Source: a virus. Taken from it: 61,257 nt of DNA. The stretch is from IMG/VR virus record IMGVR_UViG_3300016476_000533, positions 1 to 61,257 of that record; one strand, written 5' to 3'. A model generated the notes under the pieces. The model was not told the origin of the DNA. It worked only from the letters and a program-made list of their open reading frames with translations, and searched no databases. Position numbers and translations under genes: made by a program. Below are positions 17,209 to 24,182 of the stretch, piece by piece. Numbering within the stretch: the first letter of the stretch is position 1; every line of letters starts with the position of its first letter.

Positions 17209-17318
17209 CCGCACGCCACACTGCGGATGACCCGCCGCATCGGGACCGGCGCCACTGGCGTGCGGTCCCTTTGGGCTAGGGGCGCCATGGTGGCGCCTCG
17301 CATCAGGAGACTTAGGCC
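17209..17318 (+). repeat. Intergenic cassette repeat, copy 1 (two hairpins plus RBS)
   Basis: GCGGATGACCCGCCGCATCGGGACCGGCGCCACTGGCGTGCGGTCCCTTTGGGCTAGG... shared with copies 2-4. Hairpin 17242-17269 followed by TTT; hairpin 17281-17297. Confidence 0.85.
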
Positions 17319-17552
17319 ATGCAATTCCAAGCTGAATACACTGACACGTTCGGAGGCGAGGCGAATTATTCACGGGTGCGTCGCGAGACGTTTGAGGCGG
17401 ATCAGAACGCGACTAACGCGCTGATCATGCGTCGAGCTAAAGCCGCCGTCGGCTTGTCTGGCGTGCGCGGAAAGACAGAAGAAATGGGCGATACGTTGGC
17501 GTTCCGTCCCTACGGGATTCACGCTGTCCTGTTCGTGACGCCGGAATATTAG
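17319..17552 (+). CDS. Hypothetical early protein (77 aa)
   Basis: ORF track; flanked by cassette repeats. Confidence 0.6.
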   Translation: MQFQAEYTDTFGGEANYSRVRRETFEADQNATNALIMRRAKAAVGLSGVRGKTEEMGDTLAFRPYGIHAVLFVTPEY

Positions 17553-17671
17553 ACCGCCTCGCCCCACATAGCGGATGACCCGCCGCATCGGGACCGGCGC
17601 CACTGGCGTGCGGTCCCTTTGGGCTAGGAGGCTTGGCCATGGTGGCGCCTCGCAATTGGAGGGACTAGCCC
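17553..17671 (+). repeat. Intergenic cassette repeat, copy 2
   Basis: CACATAGCGGATGACCCGCCGCATCGGG...; hairpins 17591-17618 and 17631-17650. Confidence 0.85.
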
Positions 17672-17941
17672 ATGACGCGCACAACCCTTAACGCCCCGCC
17701 CCGCCATCTGTATGACTTCGCCTTCATGGTCGAATGCGCGGAGTCGACGTCCTGCAATCATAACGGCGCTTTCGGCTATCGGCCGACGCGCGCGATTGCC
17801 AAGGCTGAAGCGCTGAAACTCGCTCGCCTCAACGCTTCCATGAATCCGATTGTGACCGTGCGTCATCCGTCGGGCCGCGTTGAGCAGCTCATGCCCTACG
17901 CGCACGGGAAGGGCGGCGGTTACTGGCGGTATGTTGACTAA
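17672..17941 (+). CDS. Hypothetical early protein (89 aa)
   Basis: ORF track. Confidence 0.6.
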   Translation: MTRTTLNAPPRHLYDFAFMVECAESTSCNHNGAFGYRPTRAIAKAEALKLARLNASMNPIVTVRHPSGRVEQLMPYAHGKGGGYWRYVD

Positions 17942-18059
17942 CCGCCCCCATCACATAGCGGATGACCCGCCGCATCGGGACCGGCGCCAAGCGCGTGCGG
18001 TCCCTTTGGGCTGGGGGGCTTGGCCATGGTGGCCAGCCTCGCGATTGGAGGGTTAGACC
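17942..18059 (+). repeat. Intergenic cassette repeat, copy 3
   Basis: Same core sequence; hairpins 17977-18004 and 18017-18038. Confidence 0.85.
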
Positions 18060-18299
18060 ATGTACCGCACAGGACAAGAGATTGAGTACGCCAACGGCAT
18101 ACACGCCACGGTCGCGGCGGTTCCGTCTGAAGGGACGCAATGCGCGTGCGGCGGGTTCATCATCTATCAGGAGGGCGCCGGATATGCGCTTTGTTGGCAG
18201 GACTTGGAGACGGACGAGGAACAATGGAGCTTCCACGATGAGGACGCGCCGTTCGTCCCGACGCTAGAAGACGCGCTTGCGCTCTACTGCGGCGACTAA
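18060..18299 (+). CDS. Hypothetical early protein (79 aa)
   Basis: ORF track. Confidence 0.6.
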   Translation: MYRTGQEIEYANGIHATVAAVPSEGTQCACGGFIIYQEGAGYALCWQDLETDEEQWSFHDEDAPFVPTLEDALALYCGD

Positions 18300-18412
18300 C
18301 CGCCCCATCACATAGCGGATGACCCGCCGCATCGGGACCGCGCCCTAGGGCGCGGTCCCTTTGGGCTAGGGGCTTGGCCACGGTGGCCAGCCTCGCATCG
18401 GAGGACTAGGCT
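18300..18412 (+). repeat. Intergenic cassette repeat, copy 4
   Basis: Same core sequence; hairpins 18334-18359 (perfect GGGACCGCGCCC/GGGCGCGGTCCC) and 18371-18392. Confidence 0.85.
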
Positions 18413-18544
18413 ATGACAGACTATGAGGCCCTAAAGGCTTACGGGTTTAGCCCGGCCAAGGCGGCGGAAATCGTCCTAGATGCAAGGCGCGGATCACGCT
18501 ACGCGCAGACCGTTCTAAAACTGGCGCTTGCAGCTCTGGCCTAA
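18413..18544 (+). CDS. Small early protein (43 aa, below the ORF-track cutoff)
   Basis: GGAGGACTAGGCT-ATG context; MTDYEALKAYGFSPAKAAEIVLDARRGSRYAQTVLKLALAALA. Confidence 0.45.
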   Translation: MTDYEALKAYGFSPAKAAEIVLDARRGSRYAQTVLKLALAALA

Positions 18545-18553
18545 CCGCCCCTC

Positions 18554-18585
18554 GCGCCCGGCTTAGGATCCTCTAGGCCGGGCGC
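18554..18585. terminator. Hairpin between convergent genes (GCGCCCGGC ... GCCGGGCGC, extended by TAG/CTA)
   Basis: 9-bp perfect GC stem. A second hairpin CCGGCC-cgtaca-GGCCGG lies about 40 nt downstream. No clear U-tract. Confidence 0.45.
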
Positions 18586-18650
18586 CTTCATATCCAGGAT
18601 CGACGCTAGGCCCGTTTTCCGGCCCGTACAGGCCGGCCGCGCCGGCGCGC

Positions 18651-19100
18651 CTAGTCCTGTGCGTCGGGCTTGGCGATAGCGGCTAGCAGGCCGTCTACAA
18701 GCGCGCTTTTGGCCGTGACGTCGACTTGAACGGGACCGTCACCCTGCGCGCCAGTCAGCCGGACGTTATCGGCCCACCTGGCGGGGTTGAGCTTGGCGGC
18801 TTGCCATTTCAGCGCGTCGATACGGACGCGAGCGGTCTGGATCCGCGATTCGTCGGCGCCATAGGCTTCGAACAGGATTGCGTCAGCGTAGTAATCGGCT
18901 TGTGCCTGCTTGGCGCGGGCGTACATGGCCTCAAAGTCTGGATGCTGTGAGCGCCAAGCCCTAATAGTCCGACGATCCGGGAACCTTTCGTCCCGATCCG
19001 GCCCGCAAATCTGCAAGAGGCTTTCACCGTCGGCGATGCGCTCGCAAATCTCCTTTGCGACGCCTTCGGAATAGGTGCTAGGTCTGCCCATCTTCGCCAT
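18651..19100 (-). CDS. terS: Terminase small subunit-like HTH protein
   Basis: MGRPSTYSEGVAKEICERIADGESLLQIC...RTIRAWRSQHPDFEAMYARAKQAQADYYAD...DALKWQAAKLNPARW follows the pattern of gp3/Terminase_5-type small terminases. Confidence 0.6.
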   Translation of the reverse strand: MAKMGRPSTYSEGVAKEICERIADGESLLQICGPDRDERFPDRRTIRAWRSQHPDFEAMYARAKQAQADYYADAILFEAYGADESRIQTARVRIDALKWQAAKLNPARWADNVRLTGAQGDGPVQVDVTAKSALVDGLLAAIAKPDAQD

Positions 19101-19292
19101 GACCGCAAGCCTTACCCCAAACCGGCTTCACGCGCAAGCCCATATGCGCGAGGGGTCCGGCCGGCGAGCGCCGCACCATCTGCAACACATGCACCGCGGT
19201 GCATTTCAACACGGCGAGATGTTGCGAGGCGACCGCCTATCCGAAAACCGGGGATCCGCCTTCCTGGCCTATCCAAAACCCTTAAGTCAGTT

Positions 19293-19452
19293 TTAAGCAA
19301 CGCAACGTCTAAGGGTTAATGCAACACGTGCAACACGTAGGGGTATCCCCCTTTAGGGGGGATATACCCCCTCGCGTTGCACCTCGCGTTGCTTAATTAA
19401 CCCGCGCAACATCACACACCACGATGTGCCCGCGTTGCGTTGCGTTGCTTAA
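19293..19452. repeat. GCAAC/GTTGC iteron cluster bounded by 15-bp perfect inverted repeats, with a central G/C palindrome
   Basis: TTAAGCAACGCAACG (19293-19307) versus CGTTGCGTTGCTTAA (19438-19452). Internal GCAACACG x2, CTCGCGTTGC x2, GTTGC x3. GGGGTATCCCCC...GGGGGGATATACCCCC at 19341-19371. Confidence 0.8.
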
Positions 19453-19466
19453 ACCCCGCTTAACGA

Positions 19467-19530
19467 TTTGCACAAATCCGCAGCCCTCGCACACCCTGAA
19501 CCTTTGCACAAATCTGCAAGCCCTAGCAAT
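19467..19530 (+). repeat. Two ~27-nt direct repeats TTTGCACAAATC(C/T)GCA(A)GCCCT(C/A)GCA, 36 nt apart, just upstream of a promoter
   Basis: Read directly at 19467-19493 and 19503-19530. Confidence 0.75.
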
Positions 19531-19555
19531 TTTCTGCAAAATGTAATTTCCCCGC

Positions 19556-19584
19556 TTGACACCCCCAAACCGTGCCTTTATGCG
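19556..19584 (+). promoter_or_regulatory. Candidate early promoter TTGACA-N17-TATGCG
   Basis: CCGCTTGACAC is identical to the 16963 promoter context; lies about 55 nt upstream of the 19640 start. Confidence 0.45.
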
Positions 19585-19598
19585 TATGGACAAGCGGA

Positions 19599-19620
19599 GG
19601 CCGGGCCACGGTGGCCCGCC
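19599..19620 (+). promoter_or_regulatory. 5'-UTR stem-loop (GGCCA-CGG-TGGCC core), sixth copy
   Basis: Same core as the cassette hairpin 2; about 19 nt before ATG 19640. Confidence 0.5.
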
Positions 19621-19639
19621 CCGCTTGGGAGCCTAGACC

Positions 19640-19867
19640 ATGACTCATTACCGCGTGATCCAGGAACGCCGGTCCCCGATCTGGCCGCACACCGAGCGGA
19701 CGATTGAGCGGATGGACACTCAGGACAAGCGCGAGGCGGAAGCCTTCTATAAAGCCTGCTGCGCCGCTGTAGCAGCGTCCGCAGATCCCGACGCCGTGAT
19801 CTTCGGATGGTGCCCGCCGACTGGCGACCGTTTCCGCTGGACTCGGCGTTTTGAGCCCGCCGACTAA
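19640..19867 (+). CDS. Hypothetical early protein (75 aa)
   Basis: ORF track. Confidence 0.6.
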   Translation: MTHYRVIQERRSPIWPHTERTIERMDTQDKREAEAFYKACCAAVAASADPDAVIFGWCPPTGDRFRWTRRFEPAD

Positions 19868-19892
19868 CCCCCAACAGACAGGAGAAAACGCA

Positions 19893-20117
19893 ATGACCGC
19901 TTACAACGGACACCGTAGCTGGAACGCTTGGAGCGTCAGCCTTTGGCTTAACAACGACGAGGGCTTGTATCGCGAGGCCCGCCGGCTTGCCGAACGCCAC
20001 GGCATTGAACGCGGCGCGCGTCACCTCGCCGCCAACCTTGCGGGCGAACAAACGCCCGACGGCGCCCGCTATAACCTGACCTGCATCCGCGAGGCTATGC
20101 GCGGCATTCTCGACTAA
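19893..20117 (+). CDS. Hypothetical early protein (74 aa; start MTAYNGH)
   Basis: ACAGGAGAAAACGCA-ATG context, in the frame of ORF 19851..20117. Confidence 0.6.
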   Translation: MTAYNGHRSWNAWSVSLWLNNDEGLYREARRLAERHGIERGARHLAANLAGEQTPDGARYNLTCIREAMRGILD

Positions 20118-20142
20118 CCCCTAACAGACAGGAGCAACGACA

Positions 20143-20313
20143 ATGCAAGCCAAGTCCCCCGGTCAAATTGCTTATGAGGCGGATTTAGCCCGCCATCCAC
20201 TTTATGATGACGGATCGCCGCGCCCGTCATGGGATGCTTTAGCCCGCATATTTCCTGAGGCGCTGGCGACTTGGGAACGCAATTCAACGCCCCGCGAATA
20301 TTCCACCCCCTAA
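20143..20313 (+). CDS. Small early protein (56 aa, below the ORF-track cutoff)
   Basis: ACAGGAGCAACGACA-ATG context; MQAKSPGQIAYEADLARHPLYDDGSPRPSWDALARIFPEALATWERNSTPREYSTP. Confidence 0.5.
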   Translation: MQAKSPGQIAYEADLARHPLYDDGSPRPSWDALARIFPEALATWERNSTPREYSTP

Positions 20314-20343
20314 CCCCCATCACAACGCCGACAACCGGCCCAA

Positions 20344-20369
20344 GGCGGGAGCGCATAGCGTGGCCCGCC
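20344..20369 (+). promoter_or_regulatory. Intergenic hairpin with conserved loop GCGCATAGCGTG (stem GGCGGG/CCCGCC)
   Basis: Same loop and AA...TGAAG flanks as the 20866-20891 hairpin, but with a different stem. Confidence 0.5.
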
Positions 20370-20417
20370 TGAAGCCGTGGGGCCGCCCTGGCCCTAACAA
20401 ACAGGAGACTAACGACC

Positions 20418-20831
20418 ATGACCGACACCGATCACGCCCGCCAGAACGCCGCAAGCTGGTCCGAGACCATCGCGGAGATGATCCGCGCGCGTGAAGCCGC
20501 ACGGGAAAGCGAGGACGACGACGCAATCGACGCCGCGCAAACGGCTATCCATGAAGCCCCGCTGTCCGTCGAAGTCCGCTCCGGCTGGTACGCGCCTTGT
20601 GACGCGGACCCCGAACCCGCCGAATATCAGATCCTCCTGTCATGGGGCGGCCCGTCCGTGCGCATCACCGGCCGCCTTGGCGCCCATGGCGAGCCGGAGA
20701 CCGCAGACCTCGAATATCAGGACTGGGGCACGCCCTGGACCCGCTATCACCCTCCGCTTCATAATGAGCTGTTCGATACGCACAGCGCGGACGTCCTGAC
20801 ATTCGCTCAACAATTCTACTTCGGGGAGTAA
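20418..20831 (+). CDS. Hypothetical early protein (137 aa)
   Basis: ORF track. Confidence 0.65.
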   Translation: MTDTDHARQNAASWSETIAEMIRAREAARESEDDDAIDAAQTAIHEAPLSVEVRSGWYAPCDADPEPAEYQILLSWGGPSVRITGRLGAHGEPETADLEYQDWGTPWTRYHPPLHNELFDTHSADVLTFAQQFYFGE

Positions 20832-20865
20832 CTGACCCCCGACACCGCGGACAACCCGCCCCGAA

Positions 20866-20891
20866 GCCTCCGGCGCATAGCGTGCGGAGGC
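20866..20891 (+). promoter_or_regulatory. Intergenic hairpin with conserved loop GCGCATAGCGTG (stem GCCTCCG/CGGAGGC)
   Basis: See 20344-20369. Followed by a second long hairpin at 20907-20940, then the RBS. Confidence 0.5.
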
Positions 20892-20962
20892 TGAAGGCGT
20901 AGAGGCGAGGGGCGCCGGGCCGATAGGCGGCCCGCCCCTCAGCACACAGGAGACAATTCACC

Positions 20963-21286
20963 ATGACCGACACGCAACACACGCCAGGGCCTTGGGCTAT
21001 CGAGCCTGACGCTCTGGGGGAATATTCCATCGTGACCGATAACGGCGGCACTATTGCCGATATTTACGGGCGCAACCCCGCCAACGCCCGCCTTATCGCC
21101 GCCGCGCCTGACCTGCTTGCCGCACTGGAACGTCTGGTGACGCTCATGCACATTGTTGGAGACGAACCCTTCCGCAATGGAGTGACAGACTCCACAGGAA
21201 GCATCGACGAGGGCGTGGTAATCGCCTCCGACTGGCTTCATGACGCCCGCGCCGCCATCGCTGAGGCGACCGGCCAGGCCGACTGA
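20963..21286 (+). CDS. Hypothetical early protein (107 aa; HTPGPW ... NARLIAAAPDLL motif family)
   Basis: ORF track. Confidence 0.65.
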   Translation: MTDTQHTPGPWAIEPDALGEYSIVTDNGGTIADIYGRNPANARLIAAAPDLLAALERLVTLMHIVGDEPFRNGVTDSTGSIDEGVVIASDWLHDARAAIAEATGQAD

Positions 21287-21312
21287 CAACCCCTCACAGG
21301 AGAACCAGACCA

Positions 21313-21987
21313 ATGATCGAACCCGTAACCCTCACCGCTCGCGTTGACATGCTGGAGGCCGCGCTGATCTGCGCGAGCCGCGAGGAGACGCGCTATTATC
21401 TCAACGGCGTGTATGTCGATCCTGCGGGCCTTGTCGTCTCGACGGACGGCCACCGCCTGTTTGCCGGCGACTTCACCCCGGACAACTCGCGCGCCACCCT
21501 GCCCGCCTTCGAGGGGTGGATCATCCCCCGCGACGCTTTGCAACGCGCGCTAAAAGCCGCGCCCAAGCGCGCCAAGGATCCCGCTGCCCGCGTCCTGGAA
21601 ATCTCGCCGGAGCGCGTCGGGGATGTCGTTTGCCGGCCCGTTGACGGCAGCTTCCCAGACTGGCGCCGCGTGATCCCTGACGCCGTGACGCCGGACGGCA
21701 AGGCCGCTCAATTCGACGGCGCCTATCTGGCGGACTTCGACAAGATCGCCGCCATCCTGTCCGGCGCGCGCGGCAAGGCGTTCTGCACCCTTCATCCGAA
21801 CGGCGACAACCCGGCGCCCGTCACGTTCGGCGACGCCCCGGCTATCGGGGTTCTCATGCCGCGCCGGAGCTTCGGCGGCCCGTCTGAGTCGCCCGACCAT
21901 TACGCCGCGTTCCGCGAGACGTGCGCCTCTAACTGGCATACGAAGCAGGCTTTGGAGCGGCTTAAGGCCGACGACTGGAAAATCTGA
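21313..21987 (+). CDS. DNA polymerase III beta (sliding clamp)-like fragment protein (224 aa)
   Basis: EETRYYLNGVYVD....VVSTDGHRL and GSFPDWRRVIP resemble the DnaN motifs (RYYLNG...ATDGHRL; YPDYRRV). Only about 60 percent of the length of a full clamp. Confidence 0.55.
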   Translation: MIEPVTLTARVDMLEAALICASREETRYYLNGVYVDPAGLVVSTDGHRLFAGDFTPDNSRATLPAFEGWIIPRDALQRALKAAPKRAKDPAARVLEISPERVGDVVCRPVDGSFPDWRRVIPDAVTPDGKAAQFDGAYLADFDKIAAILSGARGKAFCTLHPNGDNPAPVTFGDAPAIGVLMPRRSFGGPSESPDHYAAFRETCASNWHTKQALERLKADDWKI

Positions 21988-22013
21988 CAACCCCTCACCG
22001 GAGACCAAAGACC

Positions 22014-22292
22014 GTGACCCGCCTTGCCCGCCGCGACACTTCGCCGCCGCCAGAACCCCGCATCAGGATTTATACCGAGATGGACAACCTCCACCCCGAA
22101 AGTCCGGCGGCTATGTGCTTTCGTTTGGGGTTGGCGGTTGACCTCTCACGCCACGGAAGCCCGGCAATCGTCGGGCCGACTGGAAAGCACCACTATTACC
22201 CGCATGGAACGCCCGTCTGGGATACCAGTTTGAAGCCGGAGATGTCCGACATTCTCCGCCGTCTAGCGCGCCGCCGTGGCATTGCCCTCTGA
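22014..22292 (+). CDS. Hypothetical protein (92 aa, GTG start)
   Basis: ORF track; GGAGA RBS. Confidence 0.55.
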   Translation: MTRLARRDTSPPPEPRIRIYTEMDNLHPESPAAMCFRLGLAVDLSRHGSPAIVGPTGKHHYYPHGTPVWDTSLKPEMSDILRRLARRRGIAL

Positions 22293-22318
22293 CAACCCCT
22301 CACAGGAGACCAACCCCC

Positions 22319-22663
22319 ATGCTTTACGCAGTAGTGGACCAGTCCGGCGACTTGATCGCCCGCGACCTGACACCCGCACAGGCCGCCCATGAGATCCTGA
22401 CGGTTGACGGCCAGGAATACGAGATCAGGAACAACGGCGCTGACGGCGACTTCTGGACCCTGTGGGATCGCCAGCAAGTCGCTAACAAGCCCTGGACCGC
22501 AACCCTGATCGGCACATACGGGACGGAAGCCGAGGCCCGCGCCGAGATCTTCGCCCATGTCGTGAAGGAATCTGACGGCGGCCGCTGGTGGAAGGCTGAG
22601 GCCATCCCACAGGAGGAATATGACGAGATGCAAGCCCGGCTTGCAGCGGAGGCGGGCGAATGA
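22319..22663 (+). CDS. Hypothetical protein (114 aa)
   Basis: ORF track. Confidence 0.65.
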   Translation: MLYAVVDQSGDLIARDLTPAQAAHEILTVDGQEYEIRNNGADGDFWTLWDRQQVANKPWTATLIGTYGTEAEARAEIFAHVVKESDGGRWWKAEAIPQEEYDEMQARLAAEAGE

Positions 22664-22863
22664 CCCTCGCATACCACACCGTCACGACTGAGCACGCCGC
22701 GCACCGCTGGGCCATCATGCGCCACGCGCAGGCCATCAAGTCCGCGTTTGGCGCCTCGTTCGTCACGCCCGCCGCGCGCCTCGCCGCCCTGGCGTCCGCT
22801 CGCGCGTTGCAACACGCCGCGGCCGATCTGGCCGCCTTGCTTGAGAAGGAGATCGGGGAATGA
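22660..22863 (+). CDS. Hypothetical protein (67 aa)
   Basis: ORF track; ATGA coupling. Confidence 0.55.
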   Translation: MTLAYHTVTTEHAAHRWAIMRHAQAIKSAFGASFVTPAARLAALASARALQHAAADLAALLEKEIGE

Positions 22864-23102
22864 AACTAACCCCCGAGACAATCGACGCCGCCCTTGACGA
22901 GGCGTGGGGCGCGCCCTGGCGCGAGGCTGTCCACATCGGCCCGGACGACGACCCCGATTCCTTCGCCTTCAAGCTGCGCTGCATCGACGAGATGAAATGC
23001 GAGGCGTGCGACGAACTCTGGCAAGACGAGGACATGTGGAAGAGCCAGGCGCTCGACGGCTGGGTGTGCCCCGAGTGCATCGAATACCCGGAGAACTGGT
23101 GA
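22860..23102 (+). CDS. Small zinc-ribbon-like protein (80 aa; CxxC ... CxxC)
   Basis: KCEACDE ... VCPECIE. Confidence 0.55.
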   Translation: MKLTPETIDAALDEAWGAPWREAVHIGPDDDPDSFAFKLRCIDEMKCEACDELWQDEDMWKSQALDGWVCPECIEYPENW

Positions 23103-23103
23103 C

Positions 23104-23442
23104 ATGACCGCGAGCACCTACACCCCCGAGGAGGACGAGAAGATCCTTGCCTCCCGCGTCGCCAACCTCCCGTGGGCTCAGGTCTCGGAGGAGATGGGCC
23201 GATCTGTCGGCGCGCTGCAAGGCCGATACAAGCAACTGCGGTCCCGCGCCGCGCTTGGCCAGCCGCCGGCGAACCCGCTGCGCGACCCTGACACCCTGTC
23301 ATTCCCGCAGCGGTGCGCGGACCACGCCGCGGCGATCCTAGCCGCCTCGCCCCGAGGCTTCCCTGCACTGTCCGAGCGGCCGCTGGGCCGCGGTCGCTGG
23401 GCGGTGTGCTTCCCGATCATCGGGCCCCTTGACAGGGCCTGA
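23104..23442 (+). CDS. Myb/SANT-like (GcrA-N-terminal-like) HTH protein (112 aa)
   Basis: YTPEEDEKILASRVANLPWAQVSEEMGRSVGALQGRYKQLRSR. Confidence 0.45.
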   Translation: MTASTYTPEEDEKILASRVANLPWAQVSEEMGRSVGALQGRYKQLRSRAALGQPPANPLRDPDTLSFPQRCADHAAAILAASPRGFPALSERPLGRGRWAVCFPIIGPLDRA

Positions 23443-23494
23443 AGTAACCCGTTGATTGCAACCGGGCCGTCCTGGCCCATCAGGAGACTTCCAT

Positions 23495-23701
23495 ATGACC
23501 CCCGAACAACTCATCGGTTTTCGCGTTTTGGCGTCAGCCATAACCTTCCTCCTCGTGCTCGGCGTAGCGGGGTTGTGGTGGATGGTCGCCGAAGAAGTTC
23601 GCCGCAACGGCATCGGCGCCTTTTCCGTTTTCATGGCGACCGCAACAGCCGCCGTGACCGTCGCCCTTGGCGCGCTCGCCTATCTCGCGACGGTGATCTG
23701 A
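23495..23701 (+). CDS. Small membrane protein, two predicted TM helices (68 aa)
   Basis: AGGAGA RBS before ATG 23495; hydrophobic stretches LASAITFLLVLGVAGLWWMV and AVTVALGALAYLATVI. Confidence 0.55.
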   Translation: MTPEQLIGFRVLASAITFLLVLGVAGLWWMVAEEVRRNGIGAFSVFMATATAAVTVALGALAYLATVI

Positions 23702-23886
23702 TGAACCCCTACGCCATCCGCCTCAAACAGGCTCTATGGGACGCCATGGAAGAGGCCGAGATGTTCGGCGACCTCGACGCTGCCCAGCGCGCCGAGGCCC
23801 TGCGCTGGCTCAACAGCCTGCCCGAGCCCACCATCGCGGCCCTTGGCCGCGCCTTCACCAAAGCAACCAAGGAGGTTGTGCGATGA
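23701..23886 (+). CDS. Hypothetical protein (61 aa)
   Basis: TGATG overlap with the upstream stop; frame of ORF 23452..23886. Confidence 0.5.
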   Translation: MNPYAIRLKQALWDAMEEAEMFGDLDAAQRAEALRWLNSLPEPTIAALGRAFTKATKEVVR

Positions 23887-24182
23887 GCCTCTGCCAGCAG
23901 CCCGACAACTGCCAGCGGCGTGGGTGGGGCGAGTTGTGCCGGCGCTGCAACTACCCCCGCGTCGCAGCCATGCTGCGCGCCAACTACGCCGACCCCGTCC
24001 GGCGCGCTGAACTGCTTGAGGCCCGACACGGCCTGTCCCTGTGGACGCCGGAGGAAGACAAGCAGCTTCTGGCCATGCGGGCCGAGGGCCAGCCCTATGC
24101 TGAAATCGGCGCGGCCATAGGCCGGGATCCGAGATCGGCCATGGGGCGCTTTCACCAACTTAAGAAGAAGGTCGCCCAATGA
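23883..24182 (+). CDS. Cys-rich N-terminus plus Myb/SANT-like HTH protein (99 aa)
   Basis: ATGA overlap; WTPEEDKQLLAMRAEGQPYAEIGAAIGRDPRSAMGRFHQLKKK. Confidence 0.5.
   Translation: MSLCQQPDNCQRRGWGELCRRCNYPRVAAMLRANYADPVRRAELLEARHGLSLWTPEEDKQLLAMRAEGQPYAEIGAAIGRDPRSAMGRFHQLKKKVAQ

Noticed and set aside
17227-18267. ORFs beginning MTRRIGTGA... (17227..17424 and 17962..18267) and their antisense partners
   Set aside because: They are translations of the repeated non-coding cassette and read through hairpins and the RBS of the real downstream genes.
17209-18412. Possible CRISPR array, given regularly spaced repeats with unique intervening sequence
   Set aside because: The repeats are about 115 bp, not 25-40 bp. 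The 'spacers' are 230-270-bp ORFs with RBSs. No cas genes or leader are present.
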